Source: an uncultured Gammaproteobacteria bacterium
GTDB lineage: Bacteria > Patescibacteriota > Patescibacteriia > VMEV01 > CAYQCH01
Length of the DNA stretch: 64,000 nucleotides
Direction of reading: 5' to 3'
Assembly (NCBI GenBank): GCA_964352335.1
Contig: CAYGRO010000007.1
Location: forward strand, 361 to 64,360
The notes below the pieces were generated by a model. It was not told the DNA's origin and ran no database searches. It saw only the letters and a list, made by a program, of their open reading frames with translations. This document shows positions 9,001 through 17,534 of the stretch, piece after piece. The translations under genes and the position numbers were made by a program. Positions within the stretch are counted from its first letter, which is position 1, and the number at the start of each line of letters is the position of its first letter.

Positions 9001-9117
9001 CCACAAGAATGGCAATTACAATCCTTTTCTGATGTCACAGGAGATCATGGAATAGGTAAATGGTCAGCACAAGCGAGTATGAATGCAGACTCATTGTGGA
9101 ATTTCCTTCTTTATTAG
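6055..9117 (+). CDS. Large membrane-anchored protein with Lys-rich histone-H1-like N-terminal tail and ~650-aa extracytoplasmic domain
   Basis: SD GGAG 6 nt upstream of ATG at 6055; N-terminus KKKTPKKKVVKKTRTKTRATKTKTTTRKK…; single TM (FMPFAVLAFVILLPFAG) near residue 360. Confidence 0.55.
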   Translation: MPIKKKTPKKKVVKKTRTKTRATKTKTTTRKKRASSVSKKTVKAKPAKKKTTKVAKKTTVKSKKKKVLAKPKKKVVKKSVPAVAVERAISPSTKAGQLHNRQIQTKQHVYLAPTKTNTAFSVSGFSFQKALSQVRDKVHTTDEPIAITPIEAPIKLELDDQPEQPHFSPYVLDLKSRKTVVTTHKLSLNSAKPEQVQLGLFEEEVKTPVQFIAQSWNNFLASLKPRRRINLIPREQKQGVSLSQKIARKHKRFQFHLEEFGELLSRPYQLWRDAKRQKTFGLPRETSRQKQVPLISNRTRSGEAIPVSRIDKIHQKAKNVAASAQISVTSLSDVLKRQPKPKKTFSLEHLSLQKAFMPFAVLAFVILLPFAGASLYEGLSQTQGEVLGATNQAVSKLQSATNYAKSFQFLQASKDFQQASQTFLAASALIENQQGLSTKALSVLPVVGEKVRAGKDLLTIGNELSEAATLFSQGIAVLADEKHFLVDQPMSYKLEYLFVRLQEAQPHVQSAVSMLNEIDPANIPEDIQGDIEMLKQSLPVLSEKLHQFTEMDQSVLSFLGHQNLERYLVVFQNNTELRATGGFFGSLALVDIDRAEIKNIEIPGGGPYDFQGSLYKNYESPRAMQLINPRWELQDTNWFFDWPTSAQKITHVYEQSGGPTVDGVIALNTNVLQTLLEFTGPVQLASYEKEFSAENFREILQQHVEFEYDEELNQPKKIIADLAPVLLERVKLLDPVEYLELAAHLGELFQTRELFIYHTNEDVQKEFSKLGWSGEVVQTESDYLAIVHTNLAGGKTDGVIKDSYDLTTHFSENNTIQHTLTIARTHTGQKGIPLIGVRNVDYLRVYVPKGSKLISATGFEKPPTDLFESPGENWIVDQDLLASQGTYTVDSTTGVEIYEESGKTVFADWVQTDPGERQEIQITYEVPASVISEFILPTRESSWLDWVTGKTVNTEEEVKAYQLYWQKQSGAWDPEMHLSIDYPQEWQLQSFSDVTGDHGIGKWSAQASMNADSLWNFLLY

Positions 9118-9134
9118 TTCTTTTAGTCACTTTT

Positions 9135-11177
9135 ATGGCGAAAAAATCAAAAAAATCTAAACAAAAAAAGAAATTAGCTGATTTTAAAAAACAGCAATCA
9201 GATATGGTTGTGCAGGATAATCCTCTAGAAGAAACCGTACAGAATGAGAAGAAAGTAGAGATGAATTCTAAAAAGGAACGAAAGCCACGAAAAGGTTTAG
9301 GCCAAGAACTTATCGAAGTCTATGAATCAACAGGAGATGACTTAACTTCTGTAACCATGCTTGAGCATAGACGAAGAAGTTGGCAAAGAATGCTTTTGAT
9401 CATTCTTATTTTCCTTTTCTTTGTATTTATTGGTGTTGCCGTTGTGTCTTGGATTATTTGGGGTGGAAATAAAAGTTTCAGTGGAGATAATGTAGAGTTT
9501 AGTATCGCTGCTCCCACGGAAATTAATTCTGGACAAGAAGTGACTTATAAAATTGATTATGCGAATAGAGAAGATGTTAGTTTTAGAAAAGCAGAAATTG
9601 AATTGCGATTACCTCCTGGATTTATTTTCCTTTCTGCAGACCCAAGCCCAACAACGGGAGAAAACCTTTGGGATTTAGGTTCACTAAGTGCTGGAGACGA
9701 TGGAAGTATCGAAGTAATAGGGAAGCTTGTTGGAAAACCAGAAGTTGATACCACTATTTCTGGTGTATTACGATATTGGCCTGCAAACTTTAGTTCAGAG
9801 TTTCAAGAAGTAGCTTCTGCACAGTCTTTAGTAAAACCAGTACAAGCATTATTTAGAATTGAAGGTCCAGATCAAGTTCTGATTGGGCAAAAAGCGAGTT
9901 ATGCGGTAAATGTAAAAAATGATTCAGATAAGCTCATGAGCGATTTACAAGTACAAGCTATTTATCCAGCTGACTTTATTGTTGATTCAACGGAACCAGA
10001 AATTGTGGAACCATATGATACATGGGAAATTGAATCAATCGAACCGGGGCAAGAATATGAAATTCAAATTGATGGCTTCTTTTCTAAGCTTGAAGAACCA
10101 GAATTAGAGCTTATTGTTGTGCTATCTCAAAAAGGACCAGAAGAGGGTTATTTTGACCAAAAAGAAGAGCGTATATCTACTGTATTGATTGAAGGGGATT
10201 TACTTGTAAACCTCATTGCAAACGGTACAACAAAAGATACATCTGCCCAATGGGGAGATGTGATTAATGTATCAATTAATTATCAAAATAGTTCAGAAGC
10301 TCAATTAGCAGATCTAACTGTGATTGCAAAACTAGAAACTCGTTATCGGATAAATGAAGGGGAAAAAGGCAGTGCAGGTGGAATTAGTTTCTCATCTCTT
10401 ATCGATGCAAATAAAGGGAGCGTTAAAGAAGTAGATAAAATAAATGCTCAATCGGTACACGTGCGTACGATTACATGGGACGGAACAGATATTGATTCAC
10501 TAGAATCATTAGATGAAGATGAAGAAGGAACAATTAATCTTCAGTTTTCATTACTAGATGCAGAAGCTGCGATTAAAGCATTAGATCATGCAGGAGATGC
10601 AGAAATTGTTCTTGTTGCAGATGTCATTGTTGGAAAAACAGGAGGAGTAGATGAAGAAATTACGGTAACAAGTAATCCAATTACAATAAAATTGAATACA
10701 GATCTTACCATGGACGCATTCGCAAGATATTATGGTGAAAATGAAGAACAATTAGGAAATGGTCCATTACCACCAACGGTTGGAGAAAAAACAACTTATC
10801 GAGTTTTTGTTGATTTAACAAATTCTATTCATGAAGGGCAAGATATTATTGTTAGTACACAATTGCCATCTAATGTTTCTTGGGTAAATAATTATTCCGT
10901 AAGTGCTGGTGAAGTGGAATTTAGCTCAAGCGGTAGCGATTTAACTTGGCGTTTGAATAAATTGCCATTAGATGTAAATGAAGTTTCTCTCGCTTTTGAT
11001 GTTGAGTTAAATCCTCTAGAAACACAAATTGGTAAAGTAGCTGCTTTAACGAAGAAAATCACCATGACAGCTACAGACTCAATTACTGGTGGAAAACTCA
11101 TACAAACAGCTTCTCCATTAACAACGGCTATCGACCGAGATAAAACAGGTTCAGATAAAGGTTTGGTCACAAATTAA
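9135..11177 (+). CDS. Membrane-anchored protein with Lys/Glu-rich cytoplasmic N-tail and repeated beta-sandwich (DUF11-like) ectodomain
   Basis: Likely start MAKKSKKSKQKKK at 9135; TM LLIILIFLFFVFIGVAVVSWIIWGG; adjacent and co-oriented with 6055-9117. Confidence 0.55.
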   Translation: MAKKSKKSKQKKKLADFKKQQSDMVVQDNPLEETVQNEKKVEMNSKKERKPRKGLGQELIEVYESTGDDLTSVTMLEHRRRSWQRMLLIILIFLFFVFIGVAVVSWIIWGGNKSFSGDNVEFSIAAPTEINSGQEVTYKIDYANREDVSFRKAEIELRLPPGFIFLSADPSPTTGENLWDLGSLSAGDDGSIEVIGKLVGKPEVDTTISGVLRYWPANFSSEFQEVASAQSLVKPVQALFRIEGPDQVLIGQKASYAVNVKNDSDKLMSDLQVQAIYPADFIVDSTEPEIVEPYDTWEIESIEPGQEYEIQIDGFFSKLEEPELELIVVLSQKGPEEGYFDQKEERISTVLIEGDLLVNLIANGTTKDTSAQWGDVINVSINYQNSSEAQLADLTVIAKLETRYRINEGEKGSAGGISFSSLIDANKGSVKEVDKINAQSVHVRTITWDGTDIDSLESLDEDEEGTINLQFSLLDAEAAIKALDHAGDAEIVLVADVIVGKTGGVDEEITVTSNPITIKLNTDLTMDAFARYYGENEEQLGNGPLPPTVGEKTTYRVFVDLTNSIHEGQDIIVSTQLPSNVSWVNNYSVSAGEVEFSSSGSDLTWRLNKLPLDVNEVSLAFDVELNPLETQIGKVAALTKKITMTATDSITGGKLIQTASPLTTAIDRDKTGSDKGLVTN

Positions 11178-11185
11178 AACATGAT

Positions 11186-11258
11186 TCATGGTGCATGGGG
11201 CATGGTACAATTCGTTCATTTTGAGCTATGTATCCTGTACTCATGCACCATGTTTTTT
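11186..11258 (+). terminator. Rho-independent terminator (11-bp stem, long loop) + T6
   Basis: tcatggtgcatg…catgcaccatg followed by ttttttatt. Confidence 0.55.
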
Positions 11259-11307
11259 ATTCTAAACCATTGCAATTTATCCTCTTTTCTGGTATCGTAT
11301 CGATTCT

Positions 11308-12426
11308 ATGTATACTCTCAAAAAGCAATCAATAGTATCAAAAGCACGTCGCGGTGAAGTGCAAACGGAACATGGGGTGATCCAAACTCCATTTTTTATG
11401 ACGATTGCTACACGTGGGGCTGTAAAAACGCTTACAACAGAAGATATGCGTCAATTACAGGCGCAAATCATTCTTTCCAATACCTACCATTTAAATATGC
11501 GTCCTGGTACTGAGCTTTTAGACAAAGCAGGCGGACTACATTCCTTTATGAAATGGGATGGACCAATTTTAACAGATAGTGGCGGGTATCAAGTTTTTAG
11601 TTTAGCTAAAATGCGTAAAATTTCAGAACAAGGGGTAAAGTTTAAAGATCCTGTCTCTGGGACTAGCTATGAACTTACACCAGAAAGAGTTATCGACATT
11701 CAGTTGTCTATTGGAAGCGATATTATGATGGTTTTAGATGAATGCCCAGCATTGCCATGTACAAAAACAGAAATGGAAAAATCCATTGCACTCACTCATA
11801 GATGGGCACAAAGAGCTTATGATTATAGACAAAGCTTAATTGATTCCAAAAAAATTAAAGCTGGTCGGCATAATTTATTTGGAATTGTTCAAGGTGGGGT
11901 AGATAAAGAATTACGAAAACATTCTTTAGAAACACTATCTTCCATTCCTTTTGATGGTTATGCCATTGGTGGTTTAGCTGTTGGAGAGCCACGAGAAGAA
12001 ATGTATGAAATGCTCGATTTTCTCACACCACAAATGCCAGAGAATAAACCTCGTTATCTCATGGGGGTAGGGAAGCCAGAAGAAATTGTCCATGCGGTTA
12101 AACAAGGAGTTGATATGTTCGACTGTGTAATCCCAACGAGACATGCAAGACACGGTCAATTATTTGTCTTCACCGATAGAGAGAACCTTAATGGAGATTT
12201 TTACGAAGCAATTAATATCACCAATGAAAAATATGAAAATGATTTTACGGTCGTAGATGAAACCTATACAGATCAATTTTCTTTTACCTATACCAAAGCC
12301 TATTTGCGACATTTATTCAAAACAAATGAATTACTCGCATATAGGTTAGCAACACTCCATAATGTCCGTTTCTACTTAGAGTTAATGACCCTTATCCGTA
12401 AAGCGATTGAAGAAGATCGTTTATAA
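11308..12426 (+). CDS. tgt: Queuine tRNA-ribosyltransferase
   Basis: 372 aa; motifs LTDSGGYQVFSL, VQGGVDKELR, zinc-site CxCxxC…H region; typical TGT length. Confidence 0.85.
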   Translation: MYTLKKQSIVSKARRGEVQTEHGVIQTPFFMTIATRGAVKTLTTEDMRQLQAQIILSNTYHLNMRPGTELLDKAGGLHSFMKWDGPILTDSGGYQVFSLAKMRKISEQGVKFKDPVSGTSYELTPERVIDIQLSIGSDIMMVLDECPALPCTKTEMEKSIALTHRWAQRAYDYRQSLIDSKKIKAGRHNLFGIVQGGVDKELRKHSLETLSSIPFDGYAIGGLAVGEPREEMYEMLDFLTPQMPENKPRYLMGVGKPEEIVHAVKQGVDMFDCVIPTRHARHGQLFVFTDRENLNGDFYEAINITNEKYENDFTVVDETYTDQFSFTYTKAYLRHLFKTNELLAYRLATLHNVRFYLELMTLIRKAIEEDRL

Positions 12427-12428
12427 TC

Positions 12429-13169
12429 ATGATGCTTGTTACATGTACACCATGTACCATATCTCATGATAAGATTATGCAACAAGAAATTTGGGAAAAA
12501 GAATATGAACAAGGACAATTAGTTTCCTTGGATGATAAACCACAGTCATATATGAATCGGTATTTTCGTCGTCTCAAATTTTCTTTAGATAAAGATTTTG
12601 AGGATTGGTCTGTTTTAGATCTTGGTTCTGGGACAGGACGAAATAGCAATTTCTTAGCAGAAAAAGGTTCAGAAGTAACAGGAATAGAGATTGCAAAAAA
12701 TGCATTAGAATTGGCAAAGAAACGAGCTATTGAAATGGGGGTAAAAGTAAATTATCTTCATCAAAGTATTGGTGAGCCATACCCATTCAAAGACAATAGT
12801 TTTGATCTTGTTATGGATATTACATCTTCAAATTCACTCAATAATGCAGAGCGAGAAGTGTATTTAAAAGAAGTCCATCGAGTATTAAAACCTGGTGGGG
12901 CATTTTGGGTACGAACATTATCGTTAGATAACGATAAAAACGCTAAAAACTTATTGAAACTCTTTCCTGGTTCAGAAGAGCATACCTATATTATGCCTGG
13001 TACTGGTATTGAAGAACATGTCTTTACCAGACAAGAGTTTTATAAATTATATCAACAGTATTTCGATATAAAAAAGTTTGAAAAGCCAGTAACGTATACT
13101 CCATTTAAAGGACAACCGTATAAACGTCATTTTTTCTTCGCATGGATGAAGAAAAAGGAAGTGGAATAA
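12429..13169 (+). CDS. Class I SAM-dependent methyltransferase
   Basis: Motif I VLDLGSGTGRNS; 246 aa; start may be internal ATG (~12477). Confidence 0.7.
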   Translation: MMLVTCTPCTISHDKIMQQEIWEKEYEQGQLVSLDDKPQSYMNRYFRRLKFSLDKDFEDWSVLDLGSGTGRNSNFLAEKGSEVTGIEIAKNALELAKKRAIEMGVKVNYLHQSIGEPYPFKDNSFDLVMDITSSNSLNNAEREVYLKEVHRVLKPGGAFWVRTLSLDNDKNAKNLLKLFPGSEEHTYIMPGTGIEEHVFTRQEFYKLYQQYFDIKKFEKPVTYTPFKGQPYKRHFFFAWMKKKEVE

Positions 13170-13230
13170 AATACAATTTGGCAAAAAGAAAAGCGGCTTA
13201 AGGGCCGTTTTTTGCTTTAAAAAAGGGGGA

Positions 13231-13262
13231 GCCCGCAACAGTGTGTCGACTGTGTTGCGGGC
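13231..13262 (-). terminator. Hairpin terminator serving the high-GC island-2 gene (T6 follows on - strand)
   Basis: gcccgcaaca…tgttgcgggc 10-bp arms; on - strand followed by cccccttttttaaagc. Confidence 0.55.
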
Positions 13263-13286
13263 TCTATCCATCCTCCAAATTCCACG

Positions 13287-14051
13287 TTAGGCAAGCTCGG
13301 CTTCCCGTTGTCGTGGGGTGTCTTCCTCCGGCTCTGAGTTGTTCTCTTCTCGTGCTTTCGGTGGTTCGTTTCGCTTTCGCTCGACGATTTGTTTGAGCGG
13401 TTCACGACCTGAGTCGTTTTCCGTCTCTTCTTCTTCCTCACCTTGAAGTGACCATGAGGCAAGAATCTTGTCGTCATCCATGGCTTCGTCTTCTGCTCGC
13501 TCGATTTCAGCAACTGCTTCGTCGAGGTCAGTGAGAAGCTCATTGAGCTTAACGACGGCCTCTTGGTTGTCGACAGCCATCACGTCACTCGTAGAGATGG
13601 TGCCAAGATCTTTCACAGCAGATTCTAGCGCCATCCGGATCTCCAGAATCTCGTTGATGTCTTGGAGTTGGATGACACGAAGCGCGATGCGTTTGATCTG
13701 GTCGAGGATAAGTGAGAACTTCTTCTCACGTCCCTTGAGCGCCTTCTCTGGGTCGAGGTCGAATGCTTCGAACTCAGGATGGCGACCGCTCTTCTGTTTG
13801 GTGCGTTCAAAGATCTCTTTGAGCTTGTTGAGCAAGGTGCTTAGCTTTTCCTTGCGGATCAGCGTGTCTTGCTCTCGGGCCCCGATGAGACCGAGCTTGA
13901 TACCCAGTCTGGTTCGTTCGAGCCGAGTTCTGATAGCGCCTCGGTACCAGTAGCACGTGCAGGCAATGAATGCCACAGTGCTCATTGCGATAACCTCGGC
14001 ATTAGCCGCGATCCAGTAATCCCATGAGAGGGCAAAAGTCATGTAAGGCAT
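13287..14051 (-). CDS. N-terminally membrane-anchored coiled-coil protein with acidic C-terminal tail (254 aa), high-GC island gene
   Basis: SD AAGGAG 7 nt upstream of ATG at 14051; TM WIAANAEVIAMSTVAFIACTCYWY; charged heptad-like region; EEEEETEND… tail; GC3-rich. Confidence 0.55.
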   Translation of the reverse strand: MPYMTFALSWDYWIAANAEVIAMSTVAFIACTCYWYRGAIRTRLERTRLGIKLGLIGAREQDTLIRKEKLSTLLNKLKEIFERTKQKSGRHPEFEAFDLDPEKALKGREKKFSLILDQIKRIALRVIQLQDINEILEIRMALESAVKDLGTISTSDVMAVDNQEAVVKLNELLTDLDEAVAEIERAEDEAMDDDKILASWSLQGEEEEETENDSGREPLKQIVERKRNEPPKAREENNSEPEEDTPRQREAELA

Positions 14052-14111
14052 GGTAGTCTCCTTTACCCCTCTGGGGTGATTCTTCGTTACACGCGACAAC
14101 TTACTGTTCGG

Positions 14112-14140
14112 ATCATAACGAAAACTACGACCAAGGTCAA
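14112..14140 (-). promoter_or_regulatory. Sigma70-like promoter TTGACC-17-TATGAT for island-2 gene
   Basis: Read on - strand: ttgacc ttggtcgtagttttcgt tatgat, ~50 nt upstream of SD. Confidence 0.45.
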
Positions 14141-14252
14141 TTGGAAAGCCACCCTAAAACCCTTGTTTTTAATGTGGATAACTTAAAAAACACCTAAATT
14201 GTTGAGTATGCTAATCTCAGTAGTATGAGAAAAATGTTATACTAGAAGTCCT

Positions 14253-15530
14253 ATGGATCAAGCACCAGAAATACCTATTTTAACCGTTACCCAATTTAAC
14301 GATACCGTCAATCAAGTATTGGCGGATATGCGTGTTTGGGTAAAAGGAGAAATTTCTGGCTATAAAGTAAGTCAAAATAAATGGGTGACCTTCGACCTTA
14401 AAGATGAAGGGAGTAAGGTCAATGTATTTATGACCATTTATCAAGTTGACCAAGTACTAGAAGATGGAATGGAAGTAAAAGTATTTGGTAATCCACGTAT
14501 TTATGTTCCTTATGGAAAATATAGTTTTACTGCTCAACGAGTAGAACCTGTTGGAGAAGGGGCACAAAGAAGAGCTTTTGAATTGACCAAACAAAAATTG
14601 GAAACAGAGGGTCTTTTTGATCCAGCTTATAAAAAAGAGTTACCAAGATTTCCGCAAACAATCGGTATTGTCACATCTGCAGAAGCTGCTGCGTATACAG
14701 ATTTTTTGCGTATTTTAAATAATCGGTGGGGAGGCGTTACTACAATTTTGCGTCCATCCCTTGTACAAGGGAATAATGCACCAGGTGAGTTAGTAGATGC
14801 AATTGAATGGTTTAATAAATTTCATCCAGTAGATGTAATGGTGATCACTCGTGGAGGAGGGTCATTAGAAGATTTACAAGCATTTAATTCTGAACAGGTC
14901 TGTCGTGCAATTTTCGCATCTAGAATCCCTATTATTTGTGGTATTGGTCATGAACGAGATACATCGCTGGCAGAACTTGTTGCAGATAGACGTGCTTCTA
15001 CTCCATCGAATGCTGCTGAAATTGCTGTTCCAGATAAAGAAGAAATACAATGGCAATTACAAAGAATGGAAAAAACAATGTCAGATACGATCTATACTAA
15101 ATTAGCTGATTTACGTTCAAACTTGGAAGACATGCTCTCTCGTATGGAAAGTGTATTACGAGATTATGCAAAAACGTTTCAAGAATTGGATCATCGTCTA
15201 AAACTAAGTTTTCAAACGTATCGATTACAATTACAAGCTTTTCAACAAGATCTTGGTTCATTGGCCAAACGAATCCAGCTAGCATCAAATTCTGTTTTTA
15301 ATTCATACCATGATCAACTAGATCAATTGGGGAAATTACTCACTTCCTATAGTCCCAAACTAGTGCTTAAACGAGGATATAGTATCGCTCGTTTAGGGAA
15401 TGGAAAGGTTGCAACTTCTGTAAAACAAGTTAAAACTGGAGAAGTTATTCAAACTGAATTTGCAGATGGCTCTATTTCTTCCATTGTTGAATCAAAAGGG
15501 AAGTTGGTAGAGAATGGCCGATTATTGTAA
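14253..15530 (+). CDS. xseA: Exodeoxyribonuclease VII large subunit
   Basis: 425 aa; OB-fold N-terminus, GGGSLEDL motif, adjacent xseB. Confidence 0.85.
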   Translation: MDQAPEIPILTVTQFNDTVNQVLADMRVWVKGEISGYKVSQNKWVTFDLKDEGSKVNVFMTIYQVDQVLEDGMEVKVFGNPRIYVPYGKYSFTAQRVEPVGEGAQRRAFELTKQKLETEGLFDPAYKKELPRFPQTIGIVTSAEAAAYTDFLRILNNRWGGVTTILRPSLVQGNNAPGELVDAIEWFNKFHPVDVMVITRGGGSLEDLQAFNSEQVCRAIFASRIPIICGIGHERDTSLAELVADRRASTPSNAAEIAVPDKEEIQWQLQRMEKTMSDTIYTKLADLRSNLEDMLSRMESVLRDYAKTFQELDHRLKLSFQTYRLQLQAFQQDLGSLAKRIQLASNSVFNSYHDQLDQLGKLLTSYSPKLVLKRGYSIARLGNGKVATSVKQVKTGEVIQTEFADGSISSIVESKGKLVENGRLL

Positions 15531-15537
15531 TTACTTG

Positions 15538-15596
15538 GCTAGTAGGAGGGTAGGAGAGTAGCAACTACACTCCTACCTTCCTACTCTCCTACTAGC
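15538..15596 (+). other. Very stable ~24-bp-stem hairpin between xseA and xseB (no T-tract)
   Basis: gctagtaggagggtaggagagtag-caactacactc-…ctactctcctactagc; 2 GU, 1 mismatch. Confidence 0.7.
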
Positions 15597-15660
15597 TAAA
15601 AATACGATGCCAAAAAAACAACTAAGGAATAACAACATTAACTATTAAACACCACAATAA

Positions 15661-15882
15661 GTGGAAAATATGGCTAAAGCAAAAACATTTAATTTTGGAG
15701 AATCATTTAACGAACTGAATCAAATTGTTGATCAATTAGAATCTGGTGATATTGGTTTAGATCAAGCATTGAAGCAATATGAAGATGGTTTAAAACTTGT
15801 ATCTGAATGTAAAAAACAGTTAACGCAAGTCGAGAATAAAGTAAAAGTAATCCGAGATAAATACGTTGAAGAAGAGGTTTAA
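15661..15882 (+). CDS. xseB: Exodeoxyribonuclease VII small subunit
   Basis: 73 aa; FEESFNELNQIVDQLESGDIGLDQALKQYEDGLKL typical XseB. Confidence 0.8.
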   Translation: MENMAKAKTFNFGESFNELNQIVDQLESGDIGLDQALKQYEDGLKLVSECKKQLTQVENKVKVIRDKYVEEEV

Positions 15883-15903
15883 AGACTCGCTTTATACATT
15901 TTC

Positions 15904-16980
15904 ATGTTTACATTAATTTCTCTCATTGGTTTTACCCTAACACTAGTCCTCACTTGGGGGGTACGCCGATTTGCGCTTTCTCAAAATATTGTTGATGACC
16001 CCAAAGGGGTAGAGAGAAAGATTCATTCAAAGCCCAAACCACTTTTAGGTGGTGTTGCAATTTATCTAGGGCTTTGTTTTACAATTTTTCTATCGTATCT
16101 ATTAGAATTGCTTCCACAAGGCTCTATTTCTGGTAAGCAATTAATCGGTTTACTTTTCGGTGGTGCATGGCTTATTTTAGGAGGTGTTTTAGACGACAAA
16201 TATAATTTCTCACCTAAAAAACAAATCCTCTTTCCTTTGCTTGCTGTATTAACGGTCATTTCTAGTGGAATAGGAATTGAATCTTTTACCAATCCTTTTG
16301 GTGGACAATTCTTTTTAGATCAATTTGAATTTACATTATTTTCTTTAAAAGGCATTCCATATTCTGTCACATTATTAGCAGATGTCTTCACCTTTCTTTG
16401 GCTATTTGGTTTTATTTATGCCACGAAATTTTTTGATGGACTTGACGGACTCGTTTCTGGTATTACCGTTATTGGTGCTTTTACTGTTTTTGCAACGAGT
16501 TTATTACCTAAAGTAAATCAACCAGAAACCGCATTACTTGCTCTTATTGTGGCGAGTTGTTTTGCAGGATTTCTCTTCTTCAATTTTAATCCAGCCAGCA
16601 TTTTTTTAGGAGAGGCGGGGAGTACATTAGCGGGGTTTCTTATTGGAAGTTTGGCAATTATTGCAGAAAGTAAAATTACAACAACATTAGTTGTTATGTC
16701 ATTGCCTTTACTCGATTTACTTTGGACAGTAGTAAGAAGAACTTTTTTAGAAAAAACATCTCCAACAAAAGCAGATCGAAAACATATACACCATCGACTG
16801 CTCGATTCAGGTTTATCTCATCGTTCGGCTGTTTTTCTTTTGTATCTTTGGGCGATAGGTTTAGGTATTGTTGCATGGTTATATCAAAGTACTGAGTTAA
16901 TCGAATTGTTGTTTTTATCATTTGTTTTTCTCATTAGTTTTGCTATCTATCTTATTTATAGAATAAAAAAATATGCATAA
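15904..16980 (+). CDS. Glycosyltransferase family 4 phospho-sugar transferase (MraY/WecA family)
   Basis: 358 aa polytopic; motifs GGVLDDKYNFSPKKQ and KFFDGLDGLVSG. Confidence 0.8.
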   Translation: MFTLISLIGFTLTLVLTWGVRRFALSQNIVDDPKGVERKIHSKPKPLLGGVAIYLGLCFTIFLSYLLELLPQGSISGKQLIGLLFGGAWLILGGVLDDKYNFSPKKQILFPLLAVLTVISSGIGIESFTNPFGGQFFLDQFEFTLFSLKGIPYSVTLLADVFTFLWLFGFIYATKFFDGLDGLVSGITVIGAFTVFATSLLPKVNQPETALLALIVASCFAGFLFFNFNPASIFLGEAGSTLAGFLIGSLAIIAESKITTTLVVMSLPLLDLLWTVVRRTFLEKTSPTKADRKHIHHRLLDSGLSHRSAVFLLYLWAIGLGIVAWLYQSTELIELLFLSFVFLISFAIYLIYRIKKYA

Positions 16981-17425
16981 AGGCTTTTTTCTTTTATTTT
17001 TTGTTCTATTAGGTTCAGGTTGCCAAATACAACCAATAGCAGATTCAGTAGACAATGAAATAACTTCTGTACAAATTGGGAATGCAACTTATTCTGTTGA
17101 AGTAAAAGATACGCCAATAGAAAGAAACCAGGGGCTTTCTGGAAGAGAAAAGCTTGGAGAAAATGAAGGCATGCTCTTTTTATTTGATCAACCCCAAGAA
17201 TTAAGCTTTTGGATGAAAGATATGCAATTTCCATTAGATTTCATTTGGATAAATGACCAAGTCGTTATTGGGTTAGATGAACATATTCCTCATCCTGCAA
17301 TAAATAACAACGAAATTGCCCGTTTAAGCTCTCCAGAAGCGACTGATACAGTTTTAGAAGTAAATGCTGGGCACATAGAGCTTTATGGTCTTAAAATAGG
17401 GGATTTGGTTAAATATGAGCGGTAG
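16973..17425 (+). CDS. DUF192-family lipoprotein
   Basis: Signal + lipobox LGSGC; FPLDFIWIND… motif of DUF192; overlaps upstream gene by 8 nt. Confidence 0.55.
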   Translation: MHKGFFLLFFVLLGSGCQIQPIADSVDNEITSVQIGNATYSVEVKDTPIERNQGLSGREKLGENEGMLFLFDQPQELSFWMKDMQFPLDFIWINDQVVIGLDEHIPHPAINNNEIARLSSPEATDTVLEVNAGHIELYGLKIGDLVKYER

Positions 17426-17426
17426 A

Positions 17427-17455
17427 TTGACAAATTAGGATTGTTTTCGTATAAT
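17427..17455 (+). promoter_or_regulatory. Consensus sigma70 promoter TTGACA-17-TATAAT upstream of rplU
   Basis: ttgaca aattaggattgttttcg tataat, exact consensus hexamers and spacing. Confidence 0.7.
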
Positions 17456-17461
17456 CTGCTT

Positions 17462-17534
17462 ACACAAATTAAGGGCCTTTCGTGGGGCTTTTTAAGTTCC
17501 TCAGTAAGAGGACGCCACAGAAAGCCAAAAACTT
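17462..17534 (+). promoter_or_regulatory. 5' leader of rplU (possible L21-leader-type autoregulatory RNA)
   Basis: ~75-nt structured untranslated leader between promoter and rplU ATG; family assignment unverified. Confidence 0.3.

Noticed and set aside
13468-13953. 161-aa Ser-rich ORF on + strand inside island 2
   Set aside because: It is antisense to the well-supported - strand gene (promoter, SD, terminator, GC3 bias). Composition is SSS/RS-rich junk.
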